Of a DNA stretch of 64,000 bases, positions 1-11,549 are shown piece by piece (the stretch's first letter is position 1; every line of letters begins with the position of its first letter). Below the pieces are notes generated by a model. It searched no databases. It had not been told where the DNA came from and was given only the letters and a program-made list of their open reading frames with translations. Position numbers and translations under genes: made by a program. Source of the stretch: Bispira polyomma (Eukaryota); contig OZ287752.1 in assembly GCA_965649765.1 (NCBI GenBank), positions 55,552,001 through 55,616,000 of the forward strand, in the 5' to 3' direction.

Positions 1-421
1 ACACCTCACCGTGAAGTTTCCATTGTCATGCTCAAATATGACCTCTTCAACACAAGCAGTCTGAACACAAAATTCTCTGAGGTGAAACTGCTGTCCAGCT
101 TGAGCTAAATTCGAGCAAATATATATATAAATATACATTTATCAGTTGTTGATATCAGACAATGAAAATTCCAACTGTTTCGCAGTTTTCCTTTGAGAAA
201 TGTATAGGGTTGTCATAAATTTCTGAGGTATCAAATCCAAAGGAATTATTGTTAATCATAAATTGCTGTTATTGAATAGTCATGTATTGACCACAGAGCT
301 TATTGAATGCTATAAACTAACCTTATAAATATAGCCACACTATTTTTATAGAACTAAAAACCTATATTATGAAATATTGCTAAAAACGTTCTTACTTACA
401 TTTCATAGTAAGATATAGAAT

Positions 422-2404
422 CTGCTACTTTAAATGTTTTAGAAATATTCGGTACAATGTCAGGTTTAAAGATGAACACAACAAAATCAAAGATGATATG
501 GATTGGAAGGAAAAAACATTGTAGAGATAAACTGCATTCAAAATTTCATTTTAAGTGGAATTGTGAAAGGTTTTCATTGCTTGGACTAGAGTTTCACATT
601 GATTTAGGAAAGATACCTGACATTAATTATGTTAAAGCCCTAGCCAAGATTCAAAAATTGATATCAGCCTGGAATAAATGGACACTAACACCTCTTGGAA
701 AAGTAACAGTTATAAAAACATTGATTTTATCAAAATTGAATCATTTATTTATGGCTATCCCTCTACCAAATAGGGATTTCTATAAACACATAACTGCACT
801 CCTTTATAACTTCATATGGGAAGGAAAATCAGACAAAATATCTTGTGTACAGATGAATCAAAAATATGTTGACGGTGGACTAAAAATGATAAATATTGAA
901 CATTTTGTAAAGGCCCTAAAGAGTACATGGATTAGAAGACTGATTATATCACAAAATTCACAGTGGTCCAAACTTTTTGAGTTGATACATTCAACCATTG
1001 CAAAGATTACCCATTTTGGTCAATACTGGTTGACAATATTGACATCCAGGACTCAAAATCATTTTGGCAGGAAATTTTCCAAATTGTTTCTTCTCATTCT
1101 CTAGACAGTACTTGTCAAAGTGCTCAGCATATCTTGCGAACTCCCATATGGTACAATGAGACTATTAGTAAAACAAATCTCTTTAAGTCGAGATGGTACC
1201 AAAAAGGAATTACAGTTGTAGGAGACTTTGTACAGAATGGCAGTATGTTAAGTAAAGAGATGTTGGAGTCATTTTATAACCTTCCTATCATTAATTTTAT
1301 TGAATACTACCAAGTAAAAGCCGATCTGCTTCAGTTTATAAGGAAATCAAATGTGAATTTATCTTCTGATCTTGAAAGACCCTTTATTCCAGTACATTTA
1401 TCAATACTGCTTAAGAGTAAAAAGGGTTGTAAAGATATATATAATGTTATGAATAAATCTTATGTAGAAAGCAAATACAAATTAAAATGGAATAAAGATG
1501 TAAATATGAATATAGATACTACCACTTGGAAAAGAATATTTTATATATGTTTCAACACTGTAAAAGATAATAAATTCATTTGGTTTCAATATAAAATTCT
1601 GCATCGTATACTTGGAACAAGAAAACGTTTATTCAAAATGTCTATTTCTGAATCAGAGTCATGCAGATTGTGCAGCTCTAACACTGAAACGCTGCTTCAT
1701 TTGTTCACGCAATGCCAGCAGGTTAAAAAATATGGAAAGACTTACAACTATGGATAAAAATGTCATTAAACATTGATCTGAATATTACCTCAGAAGAAAT
1801 ATTATTCGGTTACTTATTAAAAGATGCAATGTTCCTTCCAATAATTATCATATTCATTGTAACCAAATACTATATCTACTCCTGTACCAGAAATAGCTCA
1901 TCTTTAAACTTTGATATCTTAAGAAAAAAACTTACATATATGTATGAATGTGAATATTATCTACATAAAGAGAACAATGAAGAAAATTTGTTTAATGAGG
2001 TGTGGTCACGATTTTCTAATATGTTTGACTACAATCCAGTAAGTGATTAACAGGTATGAAATGCAACATTGACAGTTAAAATATATGTAAGTTAACCATT
2101 ATTGATAAGATAAATCATTCCATTTATATGTATAGCAAATTACCTTGTTAACCATTGTGTTATTTGTAATGTATTTAAATATCAGTGTAGTTATTTGAGT
2201 TGTTGTATATAGAATACAGTGAAGTAAATATGAATTACAGAATTTACTGAAGGAATATATGAAAGTTTACTGCTGTGTCTACATGTCTAAATTATGTATT
2301 TCCATATTATAAATAATGTATATACTGGTATATTGTAACTACCTTTGTATATTTATGTTGGAGAATAAAGTTTTTTTTTTTGTTTTTTAAAAAAAAATAA
2401 AAAA
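422..2404 (+). mobile_element. 5'-truncated Tx1/L1-clade LINE (ORF2 RT C-terminus + zf-RVT), frameshifted
   Basis: ORFs 457-1104, 1134-1757 and 1760-2050 carry typical Tx1 ORF2 motifs (SGLKMNxxKS, LTPLGKVTVIKTLILSKLNH, GGLKMINI, WFQYKILHRIL, CxxC...HLFTQC). AATAAA and a T/A-rich tail lie at 2364-2404. A 9-bp target site duplication ATATAGAAT is at 413-421 and 2405-2413. Confidence 0.9.
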
Positions 2405-3614
2405 ATATAGAATTGTCTTTGCTTTACAGCCGCGTTCCAGATTTTACAAACTATTTCTATCCCACTCAATGTAATAACGGTTCACTTTATAAAAACTTCT
2501 AAAGTCACATCTTCAGATAAAATGTATATTTTTCCTGTCTTGCACAATGTGTTTCGTATCGAGTATTTAAGGAAATAATGACAACTTTGTTGGCAAAGTG
2601 GTTGTTGCCAAATTTGCTTTGCTGCCGAGGTGACCCAAGATATATACTCATATTTGTAATTGTGCGGATTTCTATGTTTCTGTCTAACATTGAAAGCTAA
2701 TATATAGGCATATTAGCAAATCGCATAATTACTGATAAAGTTATATCTCACCAACTGATCGATATTATAGCCAAACACAGAAAGTGATTGATATTATGGT
2801 TGAGGTAGTGACTAATACATATATATTATCTAAAAGGATTGCATATCAGTATTTTCTGATGTGTCCTAGTTAGATTACAACTTCAACCATTTTACTGTTT
2901 AATTTCTTTCTAAACCACACCCAAATAAATGTAATATAATGCAATCTATTACATTATTGAAAGTTATACTGTATTACTCTTAAATGTTAAGATATTTATT
3001 AGTTTTGTATTACTTCTAATACATTACCCCAACCCCGATCTACAATCTTACCATTCAGGGTGATTTTGACCGCATCTTCTTTGGTTTTGATCTTTTTCTT
3101 GCCAAAGTCGCAGCGGATATTGATATCAGATGATGAAAATTGAAACTGTGTTTCGCAGTTCTTCTTTGAGAAATGTATATGGCTGTCACAAATTATTTCT
3201 GTATGGAAGCCAAAGGAATTATTATTAATCACAAAGTCTGCCCTTATTGGTTTTCTGAGTACTGTCTAACATTTAGGCTGATTAAATGTCCTACTGCAAG
3301 TAACATATTACATATCATGCCTTCGAATAAAGTCTGGTTTATATATATCAGTCTGGTTTATATATTTTTATACATTTATTTATATATAATAACTTGGTGT
3401 TTGCTGAAAGGTATGTAGAATTTGAAACTTTGATTTTTATGATGTCATGGTCTAGCTAGTTTAGATGCTTGTTTACAAAGAGATAGACATATGACCCCAC
3501 ATCATTAAAGTCAGTCTTACTAGCAGGGTGTTTGGGCTCAATTTGCTATGGGTTCATACTAGTAGTACAGTATGTGAGGTGCAGTTTGATGGTGCAATTT
3601 GTTTTTGAATGTAC

Positions 3615-3794
3615 CTTCACACAGTGGCTCCGTCCCAGACCAGTTACCAGATGCTAAGCATTCCCTTGTATCAGCACCACTGAGGACAAATCCCTCATCA
3701 CACACGTAAGTGGCGTTGGATCCAATTGGGTTGGAAATTGCAACAGAGATATGTCCATTAGCTGGGGGAGGTAAAGGCCCACATCCCAGCATCA
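3615..3794 (-). CDS. Sushi/CCP domain exon, copy 2
   Basis: 180-bp phase 1-1 exon with AG/GT ends. CGPLPPPANG...GSNATYVCDEGFVLSGADTRECLASGNWSGTEPLCE fits the sushi consensus (4 Cys, Trp). Confidence 0.9.
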
Positions 3795-4114
3795 CTAAAT
3801 GTACAAAGATATTACCTATATTACCAATAGGTAAGCCTGTAAATGTCTATAAGTATATATATACATTTATATATATCATAATTTCTACACAGACTGGTGT
3901 TTGCTGAAAGGTATGTAGAATTTGAAATTTTGATTTTTATGATGTCATGGTCTAGCTAGTTTAGATGTTTGTTTACAAAGAGGTAGACATATGACCCGAC
4001 ATCATTAAAGTCAGGCTTACTAGCAGGGTGTTTGAGCTTAATTTGCTATGGATTCATACTAATAGTACAGTATGTGAGGTGCAGTTTGATGGTGCAATTT
4101 GTTTTTGAATGTAC

Positions 4115-4294
4115 CTTCACACAGTGGCTCCATCCCAGACCAGTTACCAGATGCTAAGCATTCCCTTGTATCAGCACCACTGAGGACAAATCCCTCATCA
4201 CACACGTAAGTGGCGTTGGATCCAATTGGGTTGGAAATTGCAACAGAGATATGTCCATTAGCTGGGGGAGGTAAAGGCCCACATCCCAGCATCA
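4115..4294 (-). CDS. Sushi/CCP domain exon, copy 1
   Basis: Identical to 3615-3794 except one base (T->M); same splice sites; offset exactly 500 bp. Confidence 0.9.
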
Positions 4295-5322
4295 CTAAAT
4301 GAACAACAATATTATCTATATTACCAATATGTGAGCCTGTAAACGTCTATCAATAATATCAAAAATTACTATTTTAACATGTTTTTGTTAGAGTAAAAGC
4401 AACTTGCAATCAGGGTCATTATATATTGTGATTGTGTTTTGTGTAAGAATAGGTCAACTGACTATGGATGGATTTTCAATGAAACCAAGCCATTACTATT
4501 AATGTAGTGTTATTAATATTCTGTTATCAACATGTGATTTGTCCTGGGACAACCCATTTGCTAATGGCCTGGTCTCATTTACATATACCCATGTAGTTAT
4601 CAACGCTTGTCTCACCTTCTGACACAAACACGTCATGAAGTCTTCACATACATGGAACGAATGAAGGTTTATTGTCAGCAATTTGTCACTGTCATGACAT
4701 GGAATGAAGATTCACTAATTATCACTTTTACAGACAAATGCCCATAAACATATATCTATATAGACAACGTGTTTATCTATGGTCTCTCACTAATCTTGAT
4801 GTTTCAGACGTATGAAAATGAACACATACCTTCTGACACATACCGCATCATTTTTAAGACAAATTTTCCATTTTAACAAAAATGGGAAACCATCACTCCC
4901 CCTTAAACCTGCCGTGGATAGCAGAGCCATGAGCCAATGCTTTTAACATGTACAACATTTGTCAAAAATCTACAAATTCTCACATACACAGACATTTCTG
5001 AAATATTTAATTGTGACACAATCAGCAGCAATCCATGTAAATGAGACATAGATATAAAATTATTCTCTTTTTTGTCAATTTTTTATTTTATTCACAAACA
5101 TAACCCAATGCAATACTGGATTTCACACATGCATACAAAGTGTTGTAAACGACATTTTTCAATGTAATACACTATATTGTTCTCCTAACAGTGTATAATG
5201 TCATCCGTGTGGTCTTTTCTAAGTATACTGGGAGCATATATGTGCTTTATGGACACAAAATATTCTAAGATATTAGCACAGGACAACGTTAATCACTCTA
5301 ACTTGATTAAAACAATACTAAC

Positions 5323-5386
5323 CAATCATGTATACAGATGTTGGTCCTTTACAGATGAAGACAAATAGCATCAAAAACAACTTCAT
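5323..5386 (-). CDS. Signal-peptide exon (MKLFLMLFVFICKGPTSVYMI)
   Basis: ATG at 5386, hydrophobic core, 64-nt coding part ending in phase 1 at a GTTAGT donor, compatible with the phase-1 sushi exons. Confidence 0.6.
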
Positions 5387-5631
5387 TATTTTGTTTCTGG
5401 CTTCCACAAAACACTAAAAATACATACAAATACATAATGAAATACAACTTTAACCCATATTGACAGCAGTGTTATGACTGCTTAATGCATCGTTCGATTT
5501 CCAACTTGCCAAGTGATTTTGTCAAAATCTACATGACCTACAATTTGCACAAGTCGAACTCAATTTATGTTTGACTTTGATTTTACGTTCACTCTTCGTG
5601 TAAGTTACATTATCAACTTGCCCCTAAGTCT

Positions 5632-5887
5632 GAGCTTCCTTTCAGCAGTCACTTACGTCGGCTGATTTATGAAAATCCGAGCCGACATCAGGCGATGTAG
5701 CACTTCCTTTCATCCGATATCTACTGTGTAAAATGAGCGATAAAATATGTTGGTCCAACAGACATTCGTTGTTCTGATCTGTTGCAAATAGGATGAAAGG
5801 AAGCACTTGGTTATATTATGTAGTGACCAATATAATCGACTAATGTCGGCCGACGTTGGCTGAGAAAAACATGCAGAAAGGGAGCCC
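5632..5887. mobile_element. MITE with terminal inverted repeats
   Basis: Left end GAGCTTCCTTTCAGCA versus reverse complement of right end GGGCTCCCTTTCTGCA; internal palindromes; a related half-copy lies at ~37280-37425. Confidence 0.65.
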
Positions 5888-6780
5888 AGGCTAACTCGAC
5901 TACAGATCATTTTTTTGAATGACCAGTGCATTGTTTTCATTGTGGAGTTAACACACTTTCTTCCCACCTCTGTTGTCATGGGTTTAATTCTCAGTCATGC
6001 CTAGTATGTGGGAAACATCGCAGTAGACTTGTTTAAGACTCGCAGTAGACTTGTTTAAGAACAGTAGATTGCAGTAAAACCTTCACCAACTACTGTGTAC
6101 TGTCTTTCCTCCCCATTAATACTCTCCATCAGGATATAATAACCAGTGATTGAAAACAATGTTAAAACCGAAAATAAGTGTGATATAACTAGTGTATACA
6201 TTAAACAATTTATACATGGCAACAGTTCCATTAGTTTATATCTTTTAAGTAATATCTGAAATGCCTGAAATAAGCTACTTAGTCTATTTACAGAAAAAAA
6301 AATTATATGTTTTTACCAAATACAAACTGGAGCTGTATAATTGATAAGCTAGCTGTTACTGTCCGTTGCTCTTGATACTACTGCCTTCCCGAATAAAATT
6401 GCATGTCAACAGGCCCTTTTAAAGAAATTTAGTTTTTTTTGATTGACATGTTCATTGAAAATATAATTTGTAAAGCTTTTTGCTGTTGCTCTTTTAAAAT
6501 TGCACTTAATAAACCTTGTATGTAGCCCTGCTTAAGCGTGATAACATTTCTACCTGAAGGTGCATATAATTCGAGGTTTTGGATGCTAGGTTACACTCGG
6601 ACCTTCTATAAATTGTTCCAAAGTCATTTGCTCAGATTTTTTTTTTTTTACTAAACCTCGAACCATGAAATTATTCTTTTTTTTACTGAATCAAGGAGTT
6701 TAACCCTTGGCCGGGCAGTTTTCATCCACAAAATTTCTTATTGTCTTTTTTCTTGGCCTTGGTGTTAGGAAGTGGGTCTG

Positions 6781-6957
6781 GTGGTCAGAAGGTTAGACTT
6801 CTGATTCATTAGTCTGGGGATCACTAGGTCTCCATTCCGGTGGTCAGAAGGTTAGACTTCTGATTCATTAGTCTGGTGATTACTAGGTCTCCATTCCATT
6901 GGTCAGAAGGTTAGACTTCTAATTCATTATTCTGGTGATCACTAGGTCTCCATTCTG
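6781..6957. repeat. Minisatellite, ~59-bp unit x3
   Basis: Three copies of GTGGTCAGAAGGTTAGACTTCTGATTCATTAGTCTGGTGATCACTAGGTCTCCATTC. Confidence 0.95.
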
Positions 6958-7639
6958 ACTCTTGGTAATGCCATTGCCTAATCATGATGATCACATGACA
7001 GTGTGTGAGGATCACAAATACCAGTTTATTATTTCTGATGTGCGGTGAGAAGCCGGGCGCTATAATCGTGATTAAACAAGTTTAGTAGGTGTTGCATACA
7101 CAAAATGCAAGCCCAAACACAAAGTACCAAATTTACCATTTTTTTTGTAAATATGCATTGTACACTACCGCTCGAAACTTGCTAGTCATTGCAGAAATTT
7201 AGTTTAAAACAAAAGCATTGTCATAGCCAGAGGTGAACATTCGATGCTGGCAAGGGTTGAGTTGACATGGAAATAAACATGTGTAGGATTGCCCCATTCG
7301 AGTGAAGCCCTGTGCATTAAGGAAGATATAAAGATAACCACCGTCTTGACCATCTAAAATGACTCAGAAATACATCATAACTTTATTTTTCATCAGTTAT
7401 AAGGTAATTTGGAAGTTATATAACATGCAAATGTTTGAATTTAAGCTAGTTTGGTGAAATCGTAACACAAATTCTCCGTTGCCGCAATGATCGAATCGAG
7501 AACGAATTTAGGGCCAATGCTGATTGCAATTTGTAGAATGCATAGTTTTATTGATATGTCATATGATATGCGTAGGAACCATAGTTATCCTTATAACATA
7601 TTGTAATTAGTAAATTTAAATGTAGGTTTATTGTCTTAC

Positions 7640-7907
7640 ATCACCCATGATAAGTACTCATCTGTACCTCCTAGCCGAGGTTCTTTTACTTGTCAACCCA
7701 AATGTTCACCCTCAGTTCTCTAATGGAGAGACTAACAACCTTTAGTGGTTAGTGGCCAGGTAGCTATTTATACACATAGATAGAGAGGAATAACTCTCTG
7801 TGTAAAGTACCTTGTCAAAGGGTGCAATCTCCAGGCCCACAGCGAGATTCACACCTAGGACCATCTGATCCAATGTCAAACACGTTAACCACTAGGCTAC
7901 AGAGTCC
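7640..7907 (-). mobile_element. tRNA-derived SINE (degenerate)
   Basis: The minus strand begins with an A-box-like TAGCCTAGTGG and a B-box-like GGTGTGAATCTC, followed by CCTTTGACAAGGTACTT, a central-domain-like motif. Confidence 0.6.
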
Positions 7908-8139
7908 ACAAATAAACAATCTTAATAAAGAAATATAAATATGTGTTGCAGACTGTCACAGATGATGTTTTAGCATATGGGTAAAATACAACAGAAAAGA
8001 AAAGTAATTAAACGTTTACAGGAAATATTGAGCCTAGAAAAGCCTATTTTATTTTTAGGCCAACATGTGTCAAAAATGAAATTTGAGGAATAAACAGCGC
8101 ATATTCAAGATCGAAAAAGTGGTGCCATTCTTCAGTGTT

Positions 8140-9115
8140 TACTAGATTTTCTGTCTCATATTCCTTAATGATGGCCTTGCATACTTCTGGTATAAACTTG
8201 GTCATCGATGATTTCCCCACCCTGAACTGGTAGGACAGGGACCTGTAGCTCTCCCCAGTGGCCAGGTACCTCAAAGTTACAGCCAGTTTAAGTCCAACAT
8301 CCAAGTGCTTTTTACACCAAGTTCTTGTTCTTTTAACATGGGGTGTTATCCTATCCTTGATTTCTTCAACTATATCAGGTGGTGGCCTGAAAAAATTCCT
8401 GTATGAGGCTGCATCCCCTTCCTGTAGCTCCGGCACTAAGTTTGTGTAGTAGGCTAGGGCCTCTCTCTGACTGATCCAAGGCATGGAAGTCTAATCTTCT
8501 CTGGGGGAGCCCAAGGGGCACGTGGTGGTGTTGGGTTCAAATCTTCCTGAGCCTGAGCCTGGGCCTTGCCTTTCTCATATTGTAATATAAGCATAAGGAT
8601 ACATATTTCAATCTCAAAAAAACTACAAATTTCCCTAGTCTCCTCAAAAAATCTTCATCACTTCTTCCTAGCATTGTACTCAATTACTCAATTATTAATG
8701 ACCTGATTACTCAAAAACTCCTGAGTTTTAGGGCTTAAAAGGGGGTACTTATAGGGTCTAAAAGCACTCCCGACTTCATTTTTCAGAAAGTTCGATCCTA
8801 TTGGTCGGGATGACCAATACGTCAGATCCTATAGTCAATACGTTCGATCCTAAGCCATTACATCAGATCCTATCACCAATAAGTTCGATCCTATCAAGGT
8901 CGGGGGGTCAATGAAGTTTAAAATCGTATGGCCTTTACATACGATCGGGATCTCGGGCCCGTCAAAATGGGGCGCAATCAGTTCGATCGGCAAGGTCGGG
9001 GCACATTTTTCTTTTCCCACCCAAAAAGTGGATTTTTCACATTTTTTGGTCCCGACTACCCTGACTTTAAAGTCTGGGACTTTTTGCCGATCGAACTTGA
9101 ATGTGGAATCCCCCT
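8140..9115 (-). mobile_element. PIF/Harbinger transposon 5' remnant with truncated transposase
   Basis: ORF 8044-8484 (YRNFFR...KLAVTLRYLATGESYRSLSYQFRVGKSS...IPEVCKAI) is the HARBI1-like transposase N-terminus; the DDE core is missing. The terminus at 9115 is followed by TTA. Confidence 0.85.
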
Positions 9116-9327
9116 TTAGGTAACTGACAAATTGCAATGCTTTACTTGTAATGTAAAAGTGAATATATACACCCACCACTTGAGCACTTCAATATAATCA
9201 CTCCAAATCGTCAAAACTATTGAACTGAAATATTTTACTTCAAGATAGCATGTCTACTATATCACTAAAAATATTTTTTTGAGATATTTTAGTTGGCAAC
9301 TATCACTCTTTGATATGACACAGTTTT

Positions 9328-9329
<2 letters not shown>

Positions 9330-9361
<32 letters not shown>
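9330..9361. repeat. (TA)n microsatellite
   Basis: Direct read. Confidence 0.95.
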
Positions 9362-9363
<2 letters not shown>

Positions 9364-10694
9364 CAAGTGTCAGTAAAAGTCGTTTGAGGTTGTATGATTT
9401 CTAATGTCTTCCTTAATTAAACTCTATTGTATATGTATGTCCTGTATATGTATATATCAGCCAATTACAGAACACAAACCAGGACAATGAAAATGACGTC
9501 ATTTCATCAACATATCATATATGCACCCCATATCTGAGCATATCTGAGGATCTGAGCGCACATACTGCGGGACGGACATATGGATAATTGTGTGCAGCAG
9601 GTCACTTTGTGAACAGTTTAAAGTCATGGTGACATTACAGTTTGGGCTTATCAGCCTAAGTCATAACTTACACTTGTAACTTACAGTAAAATGTAAATTT
9701 TAAGTTTCAGTATAATATCTTGTAATAATAATATACCAAATATATATATAGTATCCTATCCCTTCACAGAAATGCTCTAAAGTGCTTTACAATAACACAT
9801 TGAGTAAATATAATTATATAATGCTGTACAATAAATATATATATGTTACAGTCAATATGTTAAACCAGTCATTAGCATAATGACTAAAACTTTCAATCAT
9901 TTTGCGTAATGCCTATAATCACTGGTCATTATGCCTATAATAACTGGACTGAAACTACATTGAGCAGACAATAATATTATATATCATGATCAAATATTTC
10001 CCAAATACAATTTTATGTAAATTTTAATATTTTTCATACTTTCTGGTAGTAGATATGACAATGGTTGGAGCATTTCATTTTGCTTTTAAAGCAAAAATGG
10101 TACTCCGCGTTGAGTTGGAGCTTAGCTAACTCCCTACTTAGGCTTTGACATTGTTATGAAATTGCATGAAGATGAAGCATTATTGTTCAGCATTAAAGGT
10201 ACTAAGTGTATTAACTTTGATTGGAAGAACATTTGTACTTGTGTGAATAATTCAACTAAATCCTTACTCAGGTAGCAACACAAATAAGTCAATTACAAAA
10301 GAATGTTTACTCTAAATTGCACCCAAAGCAATACCAGTGGGCAAGCTTAACTTGTATTCATTAACTACTTTAATTTATTTGGCTTTCAAATTTCAACACA
10401 AAGCATCAAACAAAATAGACCTAATGACTATATACATATCAATGAAGTCATATGTGAACCCATTTTTATTTAAAGAAAAAAATTATAACATATTTCAACA
10501 TTTTATCTTGTCATTCAAACAATATAAAACCCCACTTGAGATACTTATAATGCATCAAATAATTTTAATTCACACAATACATATATATATATATCTTCTG
10601 TTTGATAAAATTTACTGACCCTGCTTACAGCTAGGGGTTTCACCAAGAAAAGGTGAAATTTGTTATTCCAAAGTTATTTTGACATTTTATTCCA

Positions 10695-10880
10695 TTTTAT
10701 AAGCTGTTTTAAAAAGATGTGGTTTAAGTTTAGACTTAAAGGACCCTAGAGTCTTGTTTGACATTATCTAGACGATCATTTGATGATGCAGCTGTAGATT
10801 TGTTGAAATATCTGTTGCCATAGGTTGCAGTGTGTGTTTTTGGTACAACCAACTGATCTTTTGTTTGGGTTTTTTTAAAT
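10695..10880 (-). mobile_element. L2 LINE 3' fragment
   Basis: The minus strand reads LVVPKTHTATYGNRYF...FKSKLKPHLFKTAY, the L2 ORF2 C-terminus. Confidence 0.6.
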
Positions 10881-11001
10881 TTAGTTTAAGTGTTATCTTA
10901 AAATCATCATTGAAAGTGGAATGTAAATATATTTTATATATTTCCACAAACCTGTTGTTTGGGGAGGTTAATGTTATTTAATAGTATTCAAAGTGCTGAT
11001 T

Positions 11002-11240
11002 GGGGAACTCGGTGGGGCAGTGCTAACACACTTGCCTCCCATCTTTATGGTCCCCAGTTTGAATCTCGGCTGGGGCTTTTAAGTGGGGAAGTAGACAGTT
11101 ACTTTCCGATCGTTGCTGGTTTTTAATGTAGAACCTTGGCAAACTAGTATACACTGGTTTTCTCCAGCTCTGAAACTGTCCGTCATGATACGACCTATAC
11201 AACACGTTGAAAGCGATGTTAAACCCAAATCAAATCAAGT
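11002..11240 (+). mobile_element. tRNA-derived SINE
   Basis: A box (GGTGGGGCAGTGC), B-box-like (GTTTGAATCTC), and a 3' end GTTGAAAGCGATGTTAAACCC with an (AAATC)n tail. Confidence 0.7.
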
Positions 11241-11289
11241 CAATGAAAGAAAAGATATTGTCTTTTATTCTGGAAGACTTCACCTTATA

Positions 11290-11460
11290 TGTGAACATGG
11301 CGGGTGCTAAAGGGTGTTAGCCTGTGCGCAGTAGGTGGCATCACAGCTGGTATGCTTGCTGTGGGGCTGAGGTTGAACAATTGGTTGACTAGTGGAAGAA
11401 CCCAGGCTGGGGATGTAACCTGTACAGCGCTTTGAAAGAAAGCGCTATATAAATGTTAAA
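11290..11460 (+). mobile_element. SINE/L2-type 3' tail fragment
   Basis: Ends in GTACAGCGCTTTGAAAGAAAGCGCTATATAAATG, an L2-type 3' stem-loop tail. Confidence 0.5.
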
Positions 11461-11549
11461 TGTATAAATGTATATATACTTTAGAAACAAATGACTGTTT
11501 CATAATACTTTTGTATATATAAAGTATTTCAATATATATCCACTATAAC

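Larger units (their letters stand above)
3395..4350. repeat. Tandem duplication, 500-bp period, containing the sushi exon
   Basis: ~3395-3850 and ~3895-4350 align with only scattered substitutions. Confidence 0.95.
140..5386 (-). pseudogene. Decayed multi-exon gene: signal peptide + sushi/CCP x2 + degenerate Ig-like exons; probably continues past the window start
   Basis: Signal-peptide exon 5323-5386, intact sushi exons 4115-4294 and 3615-3794, and mutually paralogous degenerate exons ~3051-3293 and ~140-310 (INNNSFGF...HFSKxNCET). An Ig-C2-like exon (~2414-2683 + 400-421; LSGIEIVCKIWNAAVK...LYLTMK|GTAAGT) is split by the LINE. In-frame stops occur in the non-sushi exons. Confidence 0.5.

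Noticed and set aside
2505-2690. Fucolectin/F5-8C domain
   Set aside because: Key motifs are absent. The reconstructed exon end fits an Ig-C2-like strand better, and even that is tentative.
4615-4997. Two candidate exons ending in TGTGTCAGAAG|GT between the signal and sushi exons (PAN/WSC-like?)
   Set aside because: Splice sites are plausible, but translations contain stops and no domain can be assigned.
6781-6957. CRISPR-like array
   Set aside because: Head-to-tail repeats without unique spacers, in eukaryotic DNA with no cas genes; it is a minisatellite.
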